DNA of 64,000 nt, taken from positions 1,674,001 through 1,738,000 of the forward strand of contig JBLDXI010000004.1 in assembly GCA_047495785.1 (NCBI GenBank). Reading direction: 5' to 3'. The first letter of the stretch is position 1, and every line of letters begins with the position of its first letter. Origin of the DNA: Lepidodermella squamata. Lineage: Eukaryota; Animalia; Gastrotricha. Both the position numbers and the translations under genes were made by a program. Below, piece after piece: positions 1-16,600 of the stretch. Below the pieces are notes generated by a model that searched no databases, was not told the origin of the DNA, and saw nothing but the letters and a program-made list of their open reading frames with translations.

Positions 1-6025
<6,025 letters not shown>

Positions 6026-6457
6026 CAACAACAAGCAATCCAGAGAATGCTGAAATTTGAGAATGCACATAAGATCGCAATATAGGTATCGATAACCTTG
6101 CCTGCAACTTTCTTTCCATTACCTTACCTTTTTTGAGAGAAATCAAACTTCAAGTTGATGGACCATAGAATATCGGGAAATCAAAATAAAATGGGACACA
6201 GCACGTTGAAAATTCTCAACGAGGATAAACCGATTTTTTTAGAATTTTCACAACATTTTCGGATGAGCGGGAGAAATTCAACCAATGGTTTGAGTTTTCT
6301 ACCTAAAATTTCATTGCATAAGAGGAGTCGTTTGATAATTAACTCCGGCTGAAATATAATATAGTGTAGAATTCATATAATGTGAAATATTTTGTTAATA
6401 CTTTACGTATGACCCACGGATGATCTGCGTATCGATTTTCGAATTCTAAGATTTTTT

Positions 6458-7603
6458 ATGAAAAATATTGAAATGATGGAGACGGAAGACGCGATTCACA
6501 TCATGATTCAGTTGGTCAAAAACACCGACACGGCGATTCTTGAAGAACTCGGGACCGATGAGGCGAGTTTACTGGACGGAATCGAGGCAGTACGATCAAA
6601 ACATCGGCGAGTTCTGGCAGAGCTGTCATCGCTGAAGGATGATCTGCTGGAATCGCGAGCTAATTGTCTCAAACTTCATGATGAATTGAAGGAGGCGGTG
6701 AAAACTGCCCAATGGGTGCCACCGGAGAAACGTTTTCAAGAAGTCGAAGCGGAGCTACATCTCGTTCAAAAAGAGAATGCCCGCGTGTCACTAGCTGTGT
6801 TCGGGAAAGACCGCCAGAGTGTGTACGACACCAAGCGCAGGCTGGAAGCGAGCGGCTTTGGAGTTGCCGATGTCGTATTTTTACCGCAGGGCAACGTTGC
6901 GAAATTCAAGTTCGTCACCCGAGAACAAGCAGCCGCAGCCTTGAAAACAATGAAGGATAACAAGGTTAAGTGCGACTGGTGGGAGTCGAAACACGAACGG
7001 GAATTCCGGATCATATGCGATTCTTTTATCGACAGTCACCCGGAAAAATCGCAACTGAAACGCCGAGGGGCTGAAATTTTAAAAAATGGTAAGCCGTTCA
7101 AACGGTATGAGTCTTCGATCAAACAAATCATCGACACGGAAGCCAAGGTGGAGAGCGAGGATGAAGAGGATGATCCTCCGTCGATGATACGTGGCGGCCG
7201 GGGCAACGACACCCGGGCGTCGATAAAACCCCCGCCGGTCCCGGATGTCTCGGTAACGGGAACAACGGACAAGGATAACGAGGTCAAGAAAGGTCAAAGG
7301 CCAAGGGTCAAAGAGTGTCACGATTGCGGCGACACCCAACATCTGCGGCGTCATTGCCCGACGCGGCTCGCGACCATTCAGTGCTACAACTGTGAAGAGT
7401 TTGGCCATTACGCGAACGAGTGCAAGTCCGAAGTGCAAAGGCGGTTTGACCACCAGGCACGGGGCCATCAGTCACGTGGGCATCAATCACGTGGCTACGT
7501 ACCACAAGGATTTGAATCACGTGACGGCGGGGCGCATGGTCAGGCGCAGCTCGTGGCTCTGGTATGTGAACTGCTTCAAGGCGCAACCAGACGACAACGT
7601 TGA
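6458..7603 (+). CDS. LINE ORF1: coiled-coil, RRM-like region and two CCHC zinc knuckles
   Basis: Knuckles CHDCGDTQHLRRHC and CYNCEEFGHYANEC (CX2CX4HX4C); heptad-rich N-terminus; HQ(A/S)RG repeats. Confidence 0.88.
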   Translation: MKNIEMMETEDAIHIMIQLVKNTDTAILEELGTDEASLLDGIEAVRSKHRRVLAELSSLKDDLLESRANCLKLHDELKEAVKTAQWVPPEKRFQEVEAELHLVQKENARVSLAVFGKDRQSVYDTKRRLEASGFGVADVVFLPQGNVAKFKFVTREQAAAALKTMKDNKVKCDWWESKHEREFRIICDSFIDSHPEKSQLKRRGAEILKNGKPFKRYESSIKQIIDTEAKVESEDEEDDPPSMIRGGRGNDTRASIKPPPVPDVSVTGTTDKDNEVKKGQRPRVKECHDCGDTQHLRRHCPTRLATIQCYNCEEFGHYANECKSEVQRRFDHQARGHQSRGHQSRGYVPQGFESRDGGAHGQAQLVALVCELLQGATRRQR

Positions 7604-7757
7604 TGGGGCGGGCCTGACTGCTTGAACTATAACCGGTTTGAAATTGTTGATAATGATGATATCCAAAACTTTGTAAATAGTAACTATGATGCCATTCTTG
7701 TTGAAAAAAATGAATTTTGTAAATATTTTTCTGATTTGCAGAATACGCAGTCAGGTC
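7601..7757 (+). promoter_or_regulatory. Candidate UGA stop-codon readthrough cassette
   Basis: A single TGA (7601-7603) separates same-frame ORFs. GGCCTGACTGC (7611-7621) pairs with GCAGTCAGGTC (7747-7757): 11 bp with one G-U, starting after a 7-nt spacer. Confidence 0.6.
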
Positions 7758-10700
7758 GAAATCATAACCAAAATCAAAGTCTGAAATTGGTGGGGAAAAA
7801 GAGAAGAAGGCGGAAAAATCGAAAACATAAAAAACAATCGAAAAATCTTGATTTATTAGAGGCAATTTTTATGCTGACTTACGGCTCGCAAAATTTATCA
7901 ACGGGTAAAAACAAAATTCCCTCTATTGCGGAGGAGATGAGGGAACGAAAAATTCATGTTCTTTTATTACAGGAATTTCGTAAGAAGGGCAAGGGTGAGA
8001 AGCACCAAGATGGCGTGACTATTATTTATTCCGGGGTCGATGCGAGCAGCAAAGTTAACCGGGCTGGAGTAGCATTCTGTATTTTAGATGACCCGAACAT
8101 CGTTATCACGAGCTACGAACAAATTGATGAACGAATAATAACACTTGAAATTAAGGTGGCTGGAAGAAAAATTTCGTTCGTAAATTTATATGCGCCAGCG
8201 TCATCTGATGTAGACGAATTAGATATTTATATTTCAAAAGTTGAGAGTGTACTTGAAAAAATCGAAAAATCACGGGCCGAAAATGATATTGTTTTGATTG
8301 GCGGCGATCTTAATGGAGTTGTTGAACGAAGTGACGATGGAAATAGCCAGACGGTGGGCAAGTATGCTGGGCTTAGCGGAAATACTAAAGGCGAAAGATG
8401 GTTCGATTTTGCATGCAGAAATCAGTTATATTTTGCCAACACTTTTTACCCGAACTGTGGTTTTACTTATTTTCGAAAAATGGAACCTAATAAGAAAAGG
8501 AAGAAGGTGGAAACAAAAAGCTATTTTTGCAGATCATTCATAGATTATCTACTAATTCCACAGTATGCGCGCAAATTTGTTGTAGATTCACATATCGCCG
8601 AAGAGGCATGTTTAGGAGTTGATCATCACCTAGTAGTGGCTAATTTAGCAATCAACGGGACGAAAGTCTTAGAAGGAAGCGAAGAAGTCACGCGGGTCGC
8701 TCATGAAAATTTGGCCAAAGGTAAAAACGCGCGCCGACTAAAACAGATAATGGCTGAAAAATTGAAAAGAATAACCTCCTCGACTGACGCTGAGCAAATT
8801 TGGCTCGAGTTTAAGAGCATTAATGAGGAAACAGAGAAGATTTGCGGGCGCAAGCGAGTTCGAAAAAAAGGGAAAAGAACCCGCTGGTGGAAAAATAAGG
8901 TGAAAAATAAAGTCAAGGAAAAGAAGCGCAAGTTCAAAGCCTTCACTAAAGCTAGAAGGGTGGCGGAGGAAAAGGGGGATGTGGATAACGAGGAAGTCAA
9001 AGCGTTATACGACGAATATGCCTTGTGCAGAGATGAAGAAAAAATTGTGGTTGAAAAGGCGAAAAAGAAAGCAAAAGTCGAGATTGCAGACGAATTTTAT
9101 GCCTTAAAAGATAAACCGCAAGAGGCGCAACAGCTATTTTGGCGGATAGTTGAAAATGCTAGAAAAGGTTCGGGCAGTTTGGAACAACGGTTGGTAATTG
9201 AAGGGGAGAACGGTGAAATTTTGACGGAAGCAGGGAAAGTAGCGGGGAGATGGAGGCAACATTTCATGGGAGTAGTAGATGGCGTTGAACTGACCACAAA
9301 AGTAGAAAATGAATCTCAGCAAGGTTTCAAAAATCAATGCGACGTAAATGAACCGGCACGAGCCATGGAAAACATCTCGCGCGACGAAATAGTAGAAGCC
9401 CTTGAAAAAGAAAAGCTTGGAAAATCACCGGGTCAAGACGAGGTGCGTAAAGAGATGCTAATTGCAATAGAGGAAATAATAGGAACAGAGTGGCTGTATG
9501 TACTGTTTAACAGAATTTGGACGGAAAGGCGAGTTCCTGACGATTTTCTTAATCTAATTTTGATTCCGATACCCAAGAAAGGTGACTTGAAAAAATGTGC
9601 GAATTACCGAGGAATTAGCTTAATAAGCATAGTCGCGAAATGTTACGCTCGTATTTTGGAACGCAAACTTCGATTAAAAGTTCGGAAAATTTTAGAAGAC
9701 AACCAGCACGGGTTCATGGAAGGTAAAGGCATAGGCGATTGTACCTTCATGCTAAAACAGCTAATAGAAAAATTTGTTGAGTTTGAGCAATTATTTTTTA
9801 TTACTTTTATGGACTTGGAGAAAGCCTACGACTTTGTTGACCGCGAAGAAGTGTGGAAAGCGCTAGAGGGACTGGGAGTAGAACAAAATCTCATCGAAAA
9901 CATAAAGGCCTTGTACAGAGACAGCATAGCAACGGTTAGGGTTGGTGGTGTTGCTTGCGAGCCTTTCAGGGTCACAAAAGGGCTCAGACAGGGCTGCCCT
10001 TTATCACCGTTGTTATTTATTTGCGTCTTCAACGTTGTATGCCAGAGAGTTAAGTTAGAAAAGTGCGGAGTACCGCTCACTGACGAAGAGTGGCTCAATA
10101 TTTTGGCTTTTGCTGACGATACTGGGCTGTTAGCCATGCATAGGAACGACATGCAACTTCTTATCGATATTTTTGTTGAGGCTTGCCAGAGTCTAGGGCT
10201 CAAAATAAATGTACCAAAAACCAAATTCATGGTTATTAACAAAGGAGATGAAATTGTTGAGCCTTTTATTATTTACAATGAACGACTGGAAGAAGTTAGT
10301 AGCTTCACATATTTAGGTAGTATAATTACCTCAGATGGAGCTTCAAAAAGCGACATCAGGGCCAGAATAGAGAAAAGCTGCAAAGCTTTCGGTGCCTTGA
10401 AAAAATATATTTTTGGAAATAAATCTATTCCTATTAGCGTAAAAATGAAGTGTCTTCGAGGTACAGTAGAACCGGTTGCGAAATTTGGGGGTGAAAATTG
10501 GACGATGACCAGTGAGGATGAACGGCGACTGAACGTTTGTCAGATGCGATGCCTACGTAGCATTTGCGGTGTCACTCTGAGAGACAGAGTTAGGAATGAT
10601 TATATTAGAGAGAAATGTGAAACTCAAAAATTATCTTCGATAGTAGCAAGACATCAACTTAGGTGGTACGGCCATGTTGCTCGCATGGACCCCGAACGGC

Positions 10701-10888
10701 TAACCCACCGAGTACGGTATTGGAACGTGCCGGAGGGTTGGAAACGGCCTAGAGGCAGACCTAAGCTAAGGTGGCTCGACTGTATTAAGAAAAATTTGGG
10801 GCGGGTGGGAATTCAAAATTTAGAGGATGCAGATGATCTAGCGAAGGACAGAAATGAGTGGAGGCTGAAAATTCATAGTCTGGGGTGA
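7604..10888 (+). CDS. LINE ORF2: AP-like endonuclease + reverse transcriptase (open from the ORF1 stop; first ATG at 7871)
   Basis: APE motifs LLQE, NLYAP, GGDLN, IDY, DH; RT motifs NYRGISL, DLEKAYD, GLRQGCPLSP, FADD, YLG. Confidence 0.95.
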   Translation, partial: WGGPDCLNYNRFEIVDNDDIQNFVNSNYDAILVEKNEFCKYFSDLQNTQSGRNHNQNQSLKLVGKKRRRRKNRKHKKQSKNLDLLEAIFMLTYGSQNLSTGKNKIPSIAEEMRERKIHVLLLQEFRKKGKGEKHQDGVTIIYSGVDASSKVNRAGVAFCILDDPNIVITSYEQIDERIITLEIKVAGRKISFVNLYAPASSDVDELDIYISKVESVLEKIEKSRAENDIVLIGGDLNGVVERSDDGNSQTVGKYAGLSGNTKGERWFDFACRNQLYFANTFYPNCGFTYFRKMEPNKKRKKVETKSYFCRSFIDYLLIPQYARKFVVDSHIAEEACLGVDHHLVVANLAINGTKVLEGSEEVTRVAHENLAKGKNARRLKQIMAEKLKRITSSTDAEQIWLEFKSINEETEKICGRKRVRKKGKRTRWWKNKVKNKVKEKKRKFKAFTKARRVAEEKGDVDNEEVKALYDEYALCRDEEKIVVEKAKKKAKVEIADEFYALKDKPQEAQQLFWRIVENARKGSGSLEQRLVIEGENGEILTEAGKVAGRWRQHFMGVVDGVELTTKVENESQQGFKNQCDVNEPARAMENISRDEIVEALEKEKLGKSPGQDEVRKEMLIAIEEIIGTEWLYVLFNRIWTERRVPDDFLNLILIPIPKKGDLKKCANYRGISLISIVAKCYARILERKLRLKVRKILEDNQHGFMEGKGIGDCTFMLKQLIEKFVEFEQLFFITFMDLEKAYDFVDREEVWKALEGLGVEQNLIENIKALYRDSIATVRVGGVACEPFRVTKGLRQGCPLSPLLFICVFNVVCQRVKLEKCGVPLTDEEWLNILAFADDTGLLAMHRNDMQLLIDIFVEACQSLGLKINVPKTKFMVINKGDEIVEPFIIYNERLEEVSSFTYLGSIITSDGASKSDIRARIEKSCKAFGALKKYIFGNKSIPISVKMKCLRGTVEPVAKFGGENWTMTSEDERRLNVCQMRCLRSICGVTLRDRVRNDYIREKCETQKLSSIVARHQLRWYGHVARMDPERLTHRVRYWNVPEGWKRPRGRPKLRWLDCIKKNLGRVGIQNLEDADDLAKDRNEWRLKIHSLG

Positions 10889-11912
10889 TGAATATGATTC
10901 TTCTCGAGGGTTTTTGCATATTTTGTATTACTGATGAAAAATGATTTCGGGTTGACTAGGATCGGTCCCCTAGACTGGTCCTCCTCCGACACGCGCTCTG
11001 CTTGCCAGGTCACCACCGTGACCTGTCCGGCAGGGTGTGTACACCGGAGTGATTTTTATTTTCAGCACGCCTTTTTGTTGTTTTTTCTAATTTTGTTTTT
11101 TACTGTTCTTTTAATGTCAAAAGTGCTGAACAATAAAGAAAATGTTATGTTATGTTATGTTATGTATGACCCACAAAATAAATGCACGAAAGAGGATGCT
11201 CTGCTCGATGCTCAAGCGTTTATGACATAAGGGCCCCCTGTGGTTTTTTGGGGTTTACCTCGGCATCGGACACTTTAGCAAATATCGGAAAGAAATTTAC
11301 TATCAGCAGCGCGAATTCGTACTGATCGCGTGACTGATTAACTCATGTTCGGTATTCGAAGCCAAGATAAAAAAGAACTACATTTTTAAAGTTTACAGCT
11401 CTTCATTCCGTAGCAACAACATCCAACAGAATATTATTTGTTATGTTGATGAGTAGATCTTTTTTACCTTGGCCGGCTACGGGCTACATACTACTCAGGC
11501 CTTGGCCATTTTCTTCGGCGGCGCTGACTCTCAGCTACTACATCAGCTACACGTGATGCCATGCCGCCACCGGCGCCTACGCACGTGCTGTAATACGAAG
11601 CTGAGTATAAGCCTTGTATTAATGCTTGTTTACTCGCGGCTCATATAACACAATGTAAGTACTCTTTCACGAATTATTTATAAGGTCGTATTTGAGTTGT
11701 GCAAAAAGTGATACCCTGCTCGCTACTTGCCTACAGGCTTTTCTCTACGCTACCCTCAACTAAGGTAATAGCAATTTATGTAAAACTAGGCTATCAGCTA
11801 TCAATAGGTTGCGTTTTCGTGATAAGATAAGAGAGTGGCGCAGTCTCTTACCACATAATCTAAACCAAACATCCACATCGGATTTTAATTTAGAAAACAA
11901 CCGTAACACATA

Positions 11913-12866
11913 ATGTCCGCTCCTGATCATCAACACCATGGCCCGCCTGATCTTGAGATGATCAAGAAATTCATGGCTGACTTCGCCGATACGTGGAGGC
12001 CGCTGGGAGGCAACAAACAAGACGGCATGCCCCGAGCCCTGTTCAACGGCCACTGGTTGCCGGCGTTCCTGCCGACGTACTGGCCAGAAATCTACAACTT
12101 CCCTGTTACTAGCGACGACGTGGTTATTTTGAGCTTTCCGAAATGCGGCAGTCATTGGCTGCACTACATCGCGTATCTGATTAAAACGGGCGATTTCGAC
12201 AGCACCCAGCAACACATGATTATGGAACTGCCGAAGCCGCTGATGGCAGGAGCTCTTGAACGCTACGGCGCAACGCCAGGTTCGAAGATTCTAGCCACGC
12301 ATTTGATGCCTAGTATGCTGCCTAAGAAAGTCTACAACGCGAAGCTGATCTACATTTATCGAAATGCGAAAGACGCGGCCGTTTCCTTCTACCACCACTT
12401 TGTAGGCCTGGATAACCCGAACTTTCCGTTCAAGCTAACGTTTGATCAATTTGCGAGAAATTACATCAAAGGAGATTTTCTATTCGGGCCTTACCACACC
12501 CACGTGAAAGCCTATCACCAACTGAAACAAGATGGTAAGGATATTTTGATCCTCCGATACGAAGATGTGAAAAAGGACCCATCTGGTGCCATTCGCAAAA
12601 TTGCTGCCCATCTTGGCAAAGACCTGGATGATGCAACGGTTGAGAAGATTCGCGAGCGTACCAGCTTCTCGCAAATGCGTGAAAACAGAAATTACAACTG
12701 GTCTGACGCGAAGCAAGCTGGAGTTTTTGCTAAGGATGCTGAGTTTCTTAGGAAGGGCGAAATCGGCGACTGGCGCAATCATTTTAAAGATGCACAGCTT
12801 TTGGCTGATTTCGAAAAGTATATTGCAGACAATTTGCCGCCAGAATTGATTATACCATGTGAATGA
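11913..12866 (+). CDS. Cytosolic sulfotransferase (Sulfotransfer_1 family), copy 1, intronless
   Basis: 5'-PSB-like SFPKCGSHW, catalytic THL, 3'-PB YIYRNAKDAAVSFYH, C-terminal RKGEIGDWRNHF. Confidence 0.95.
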   Translation: MSAPDHQHHGPPDLEMIKKFMADFADTWRPLGGNKQDGMPRALFNGHWLPAFLPTYWPEIYNFPVTSDDVVILSFPKCGSHWLHYIAYLIKTGDFDSTQQHMIMELPKPLMAGALERYGATPGSKILATHLMPSMLPKKVYNAKLIYIYRNAKDAAVSFYHHFVGLDNPNFPFKLTFDQFARNYIKGDFLFGPYHTHVKAYHQLKQDGKDILILRYEDVKKDPSGAIRKIAAHLGKDLDDATVEKIRERTSFSQMRENRNYNWSDAKQAGVFAKDAEFLRKGEIGDWRNHFKDAQLLADFEKYIADNLPPELIIPCE

Positions 12867-13666
12867 TAGCAGAACCAAAATAATCTTATCAGTTTTGCAT
12901 TTGCTGGATGATTTTAGCGATTCCACCTGCCAATTCTAATTGGAAATTTTATAAAAGAAATGTGTCATCTGCGTGACTTTAAATTGGATTATTGATGCAA
13001 GTTCAGGTCAAGTAAACATGTTCAGTTGTCTAGTACCTTCAGTCCAGCTACTGTGTCCCTTTTCCCTTTTCATTCGGTCACTGAGGCATCCTAATAACTA
13101 GTTAACCCTAGAAAATTCATTGGCGAATCAATGTGATCTACGTCGCAGCAAATATTGCTAGAAGAAAATAACCAAAGGCCTGAACATAAACTATTGGCTA
13201 CCTTAGGGAAATAACTCCAAAAGCCAAGTTCAACTCTAATAATGTCTGCTATGATGCATGACATGGAGGATTTTTTAAATTTATAATGACTCTCTCCGCA
13301 TTATGATTTTTATTTGTAATCACTGGCAAATGATAAGCCGAGAAAGCAACATTTGATCAACCGCGGTGAACGCATACTTTTTGCATAAAAAATGTACCAT
13401 GGCAGCGCAAAAACGTGTAAGGCCGAATTTGCACGTAGGCGAGCTTGGTAGCCGCTGAATAATTTATTCATACGCCGTAGAATTTCAGATGTCCACAAAG
13501 ATTTGTTGCTGCAAAGCAGCGTGCAAGATATCCCCAATCATTACCTGCAATACCTCGAGCTCATAAAAATATTAACATCGCGCAAAAAATGGTGGAAAAT
13601 CAATGTTGAGTCGGGCTTGCTCACAGCGACTATTATCAAAATAATATCAAATATCAAATATATACA

Positions 13667-16600
13667 ATGATTTTGCTTCTAATAACGGCAGCGCTATGCC
13701 ACAGCGCTGCTGGTGGAGGTTATCACTACAACATCTACCCCGGAATGGCCTTCGGCCCAGTTAAGGCCGGCTACGACCTCTCGATCCACCTTGTCGGAAA
13801 TCTAAGCTCCGTTCAATCAGCTGTAGCCTGTATGGCTTCGTGTAATTCGAACGATCTCTGCAGATCTGGTCAATTCGCAGCTACTAACGAAACATGCTAC
13901 CTATGGAGCTTCGACTTGCCTGGCTCGACGATTGCCCAAGTCCTAGCAAATACAGACGCAACATCGTTCTCAGTGGCATCGCAGGGTCTGATGAAGAAAT
14001 CGCGCCAGTGTTCTGCAAAATCTTCTTGCGCTGTAACAGCGACATGGGATGCAATACTCAAATCAGCGTGGACAGCCCCTTGTTTGCTGCAGCAAGTTTC
14101 AGGCGGTGAAATCGTTGACTTTGACAATTCTTACGTTACTGACCAAGGTTACTCTTCGAGCTCCGTCTCCGTCGATGAGAAGCCGCAGCTCGGTCATCTA
14201 TACGAAAACCATCCGCATTATTTCGGTTTCGCCACCAACGCCGTTGGTTCTTGGTTTAAAATCGATCTCCAACGCTTCGTTTGGATGACGGAATTCCAGC
14301 TTTACTGTGCAAATTGTTTATTTAAGCTGAAATTAGAGTGGAGTTTTGATGGATTAGCCTTCCAAGCGATTGATAACGGCCATGGACAGAACAGGCTATG
14401 GGATGCTATCGAAGGCAAGACTACGATATTCACGCCTTTCCGACCGGTTCTCACAAAGCATGTTAGATTTATAAACACATTCGAGAATAGAACGGGTGTT
14501 GCAAGCAAAGCGAAAGTAGCAGTTAAGGGCTCTCCAGCTCAGTGCTTCGAGCCGCTAGGCATGGAAACTTATGAAATTGAAGACTCGCAACTGTCGACCG
14601 AAGGCGTTGCAGTAGCAAAGCCGTATTACTCGCGGCTGAATTGGGGCCTGGCTGCGTATGCTAACAGCATGCCTTTAACAATCGACCTGAGAAAACAGAC
14701 CGTGGTCACTGCTGTGCAAATTCAGGGCTGTGCCATGCCTAATTCTTGGGTACAAGTGTTCACCCTGAGCTACAAGGCTGGGTCGAGTGATAACTGGGCT
14801 GAGCTGCAGGACAATAATGGCCAAGCTGCTTTAACGGGTAACGTAGATCCGTTGAACATCGCAACAGTTGTTTTCCCGAGACCTGTTGCTGCTCAATACT
14901 TCAGGATTGAGCCGATTTCATTCTCCGGCGTGAAGCCATGTTACAAAATCGAACTGCTTGGCTGTAGAACTATCCCGCGGTATACACCGAATATTGCCTT
15001 CAAATCTCCTATAGCCAAAACGTTTGCCTTGGCGACTGATGCTTTGGTTGGAATCCCAGGTGCCTCAGTTTTGACTGGCGACCGTGTAATCCGAGAGAGA
15101 AGTTTCACAAACTGCACGAAGCTGCGAACAGGTGATGGGACGCCTTGGTCCAGGTCTTACGTCACAATTGATTTGGGCGAGACGAAAACTGTCACGTCTG
15201 TGGAAATTACGACACCGCAACTTGACCCAAAATTCACACTCGTCCCAGATGGCTACTGGCCTCTTGACATCTTGCGTCGAGCTGACGATCTGAGCGGCAA
15301 TGGCAACAACGGAGTCTACTCAACCGCATTGACATTTGGCTCGGGTGTTGCTGGGCGGGCTCTGTCTGCCCTCGCGTGGTCAGGCTCTGGCAAAATGTTT
15401 CTACCGATGGATAATTTGGCTCCTGACAAAAATAACGGCTGGACATTTTCAGCATGGGTGTGGCACACGAGTGGCATTCTCAATTTGTTCAGCTCAACTC
15501 AAGGAAAGTAAGCCTCAGAATGGAAAGCATATGTATTGACAAATGTAACGACGCTTTTCCGTAGTATTTGTATGCGAATTTGGATTGACGATGCAGGGAC
15601 GTTTCTAGTGGATCAATCCCGGGCATGCAACGACACTGGGAGCTTCCCTAAAATCCATGGTTACGTAATCATCGATAAAAATCGCTGGGTTCACACCGCT
15701 GTGACATTCGACTGCCGCTCGGGTATTGCTCGCGCTTTCATCGATCGCATCCTTCGTGGTATTTTTGCGGTCAGCTGCTTTACTCCGACTGCAGTCAAAG
15801 TAAATGCTTACCTCGTGGTGGGAGGCGCATGGACCGGGAGGCTAGCACACATCCAAATATACAAACGGACCTTGGACAACGCTGAGATTGATCAGAATGC
15901 CCGAGCTCCTTGGACTCGTGAGTAAAGGCACTATATCGCCAATTTATCTAATATATGGTCTGAATTTGTAGCCCCGATGCCTGTTGTGCTGTATCCGTTG
16001 GCCTGCAACCTGGCCGATCTCATTACGCCAAGCTATGCGTTTACAGCGGTTGGAAACCCGACGTGCGACAATATGCTCAGCTACAGCAACACGTAAATCA
16101 AAATTACATCATTTTAAAATCAAACATCAAGGTGCTCACCAAAAACCTTTGAACACTTAACCGAGCGACTTTGACCGAATCTCGCATATGCCTAATTTCC
16201 CTGTTTTTAATGACAATGAATCATGGTCATTTCAAAATTGTTGTTAAGCACCTCGATGATTCATCAGACGGTTTGAAAAACAATTGCTTTTTTCTATTTA
16301 GCGCATGGAGGCTCAATTCTCAATCTGATTATTTATGGATAAAATCTGCTTCCGCCCGTTTCAACATCCAACCTTGGACATTCTCGCTCCTGTTTCATTT
16401 CAAGCCAGCTAGTTTTGGCGGATTGTTGATGGGCTGGACGAATGCGTTGAATTCAACAGCTTTTGAAACGGGGATGAGCACATCGTCGACCGGCTACCTT
16501 CAAATTGTTGCTACTTGCGCTGGCTCAACAACACCTTCCACGCTAACGTCTTCGAAAAAACTGCTACTGAATCAGTGGAACTATGTTGGATTTCATTACA

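Larger units (their letters stand above)
6418..11163 (+). mobile_element. Intact two-ORF non-LTR retrotransposon (RTE group, RTEX-like)
   Basis: TSD GTATGACCCAC at 6407-6417 and 11164-11174; 3' end AATAAA then (ATGTT)n microsatellite tail; uninterrupted ORF1 and ORF2; ORF2 C-terminus RWYGHVARM...RPRGRPKLRW is typical of the RTE group. Confidence 0.93.

Noticed and set aside
7601-7617. TGATG stop-start coupling for ORF2, or selenocysteine insertion
   Set aside because: The overlapping ATG opens only MGRA-stop in another frame; I saw no SECIS-like element in the 3' UTR.
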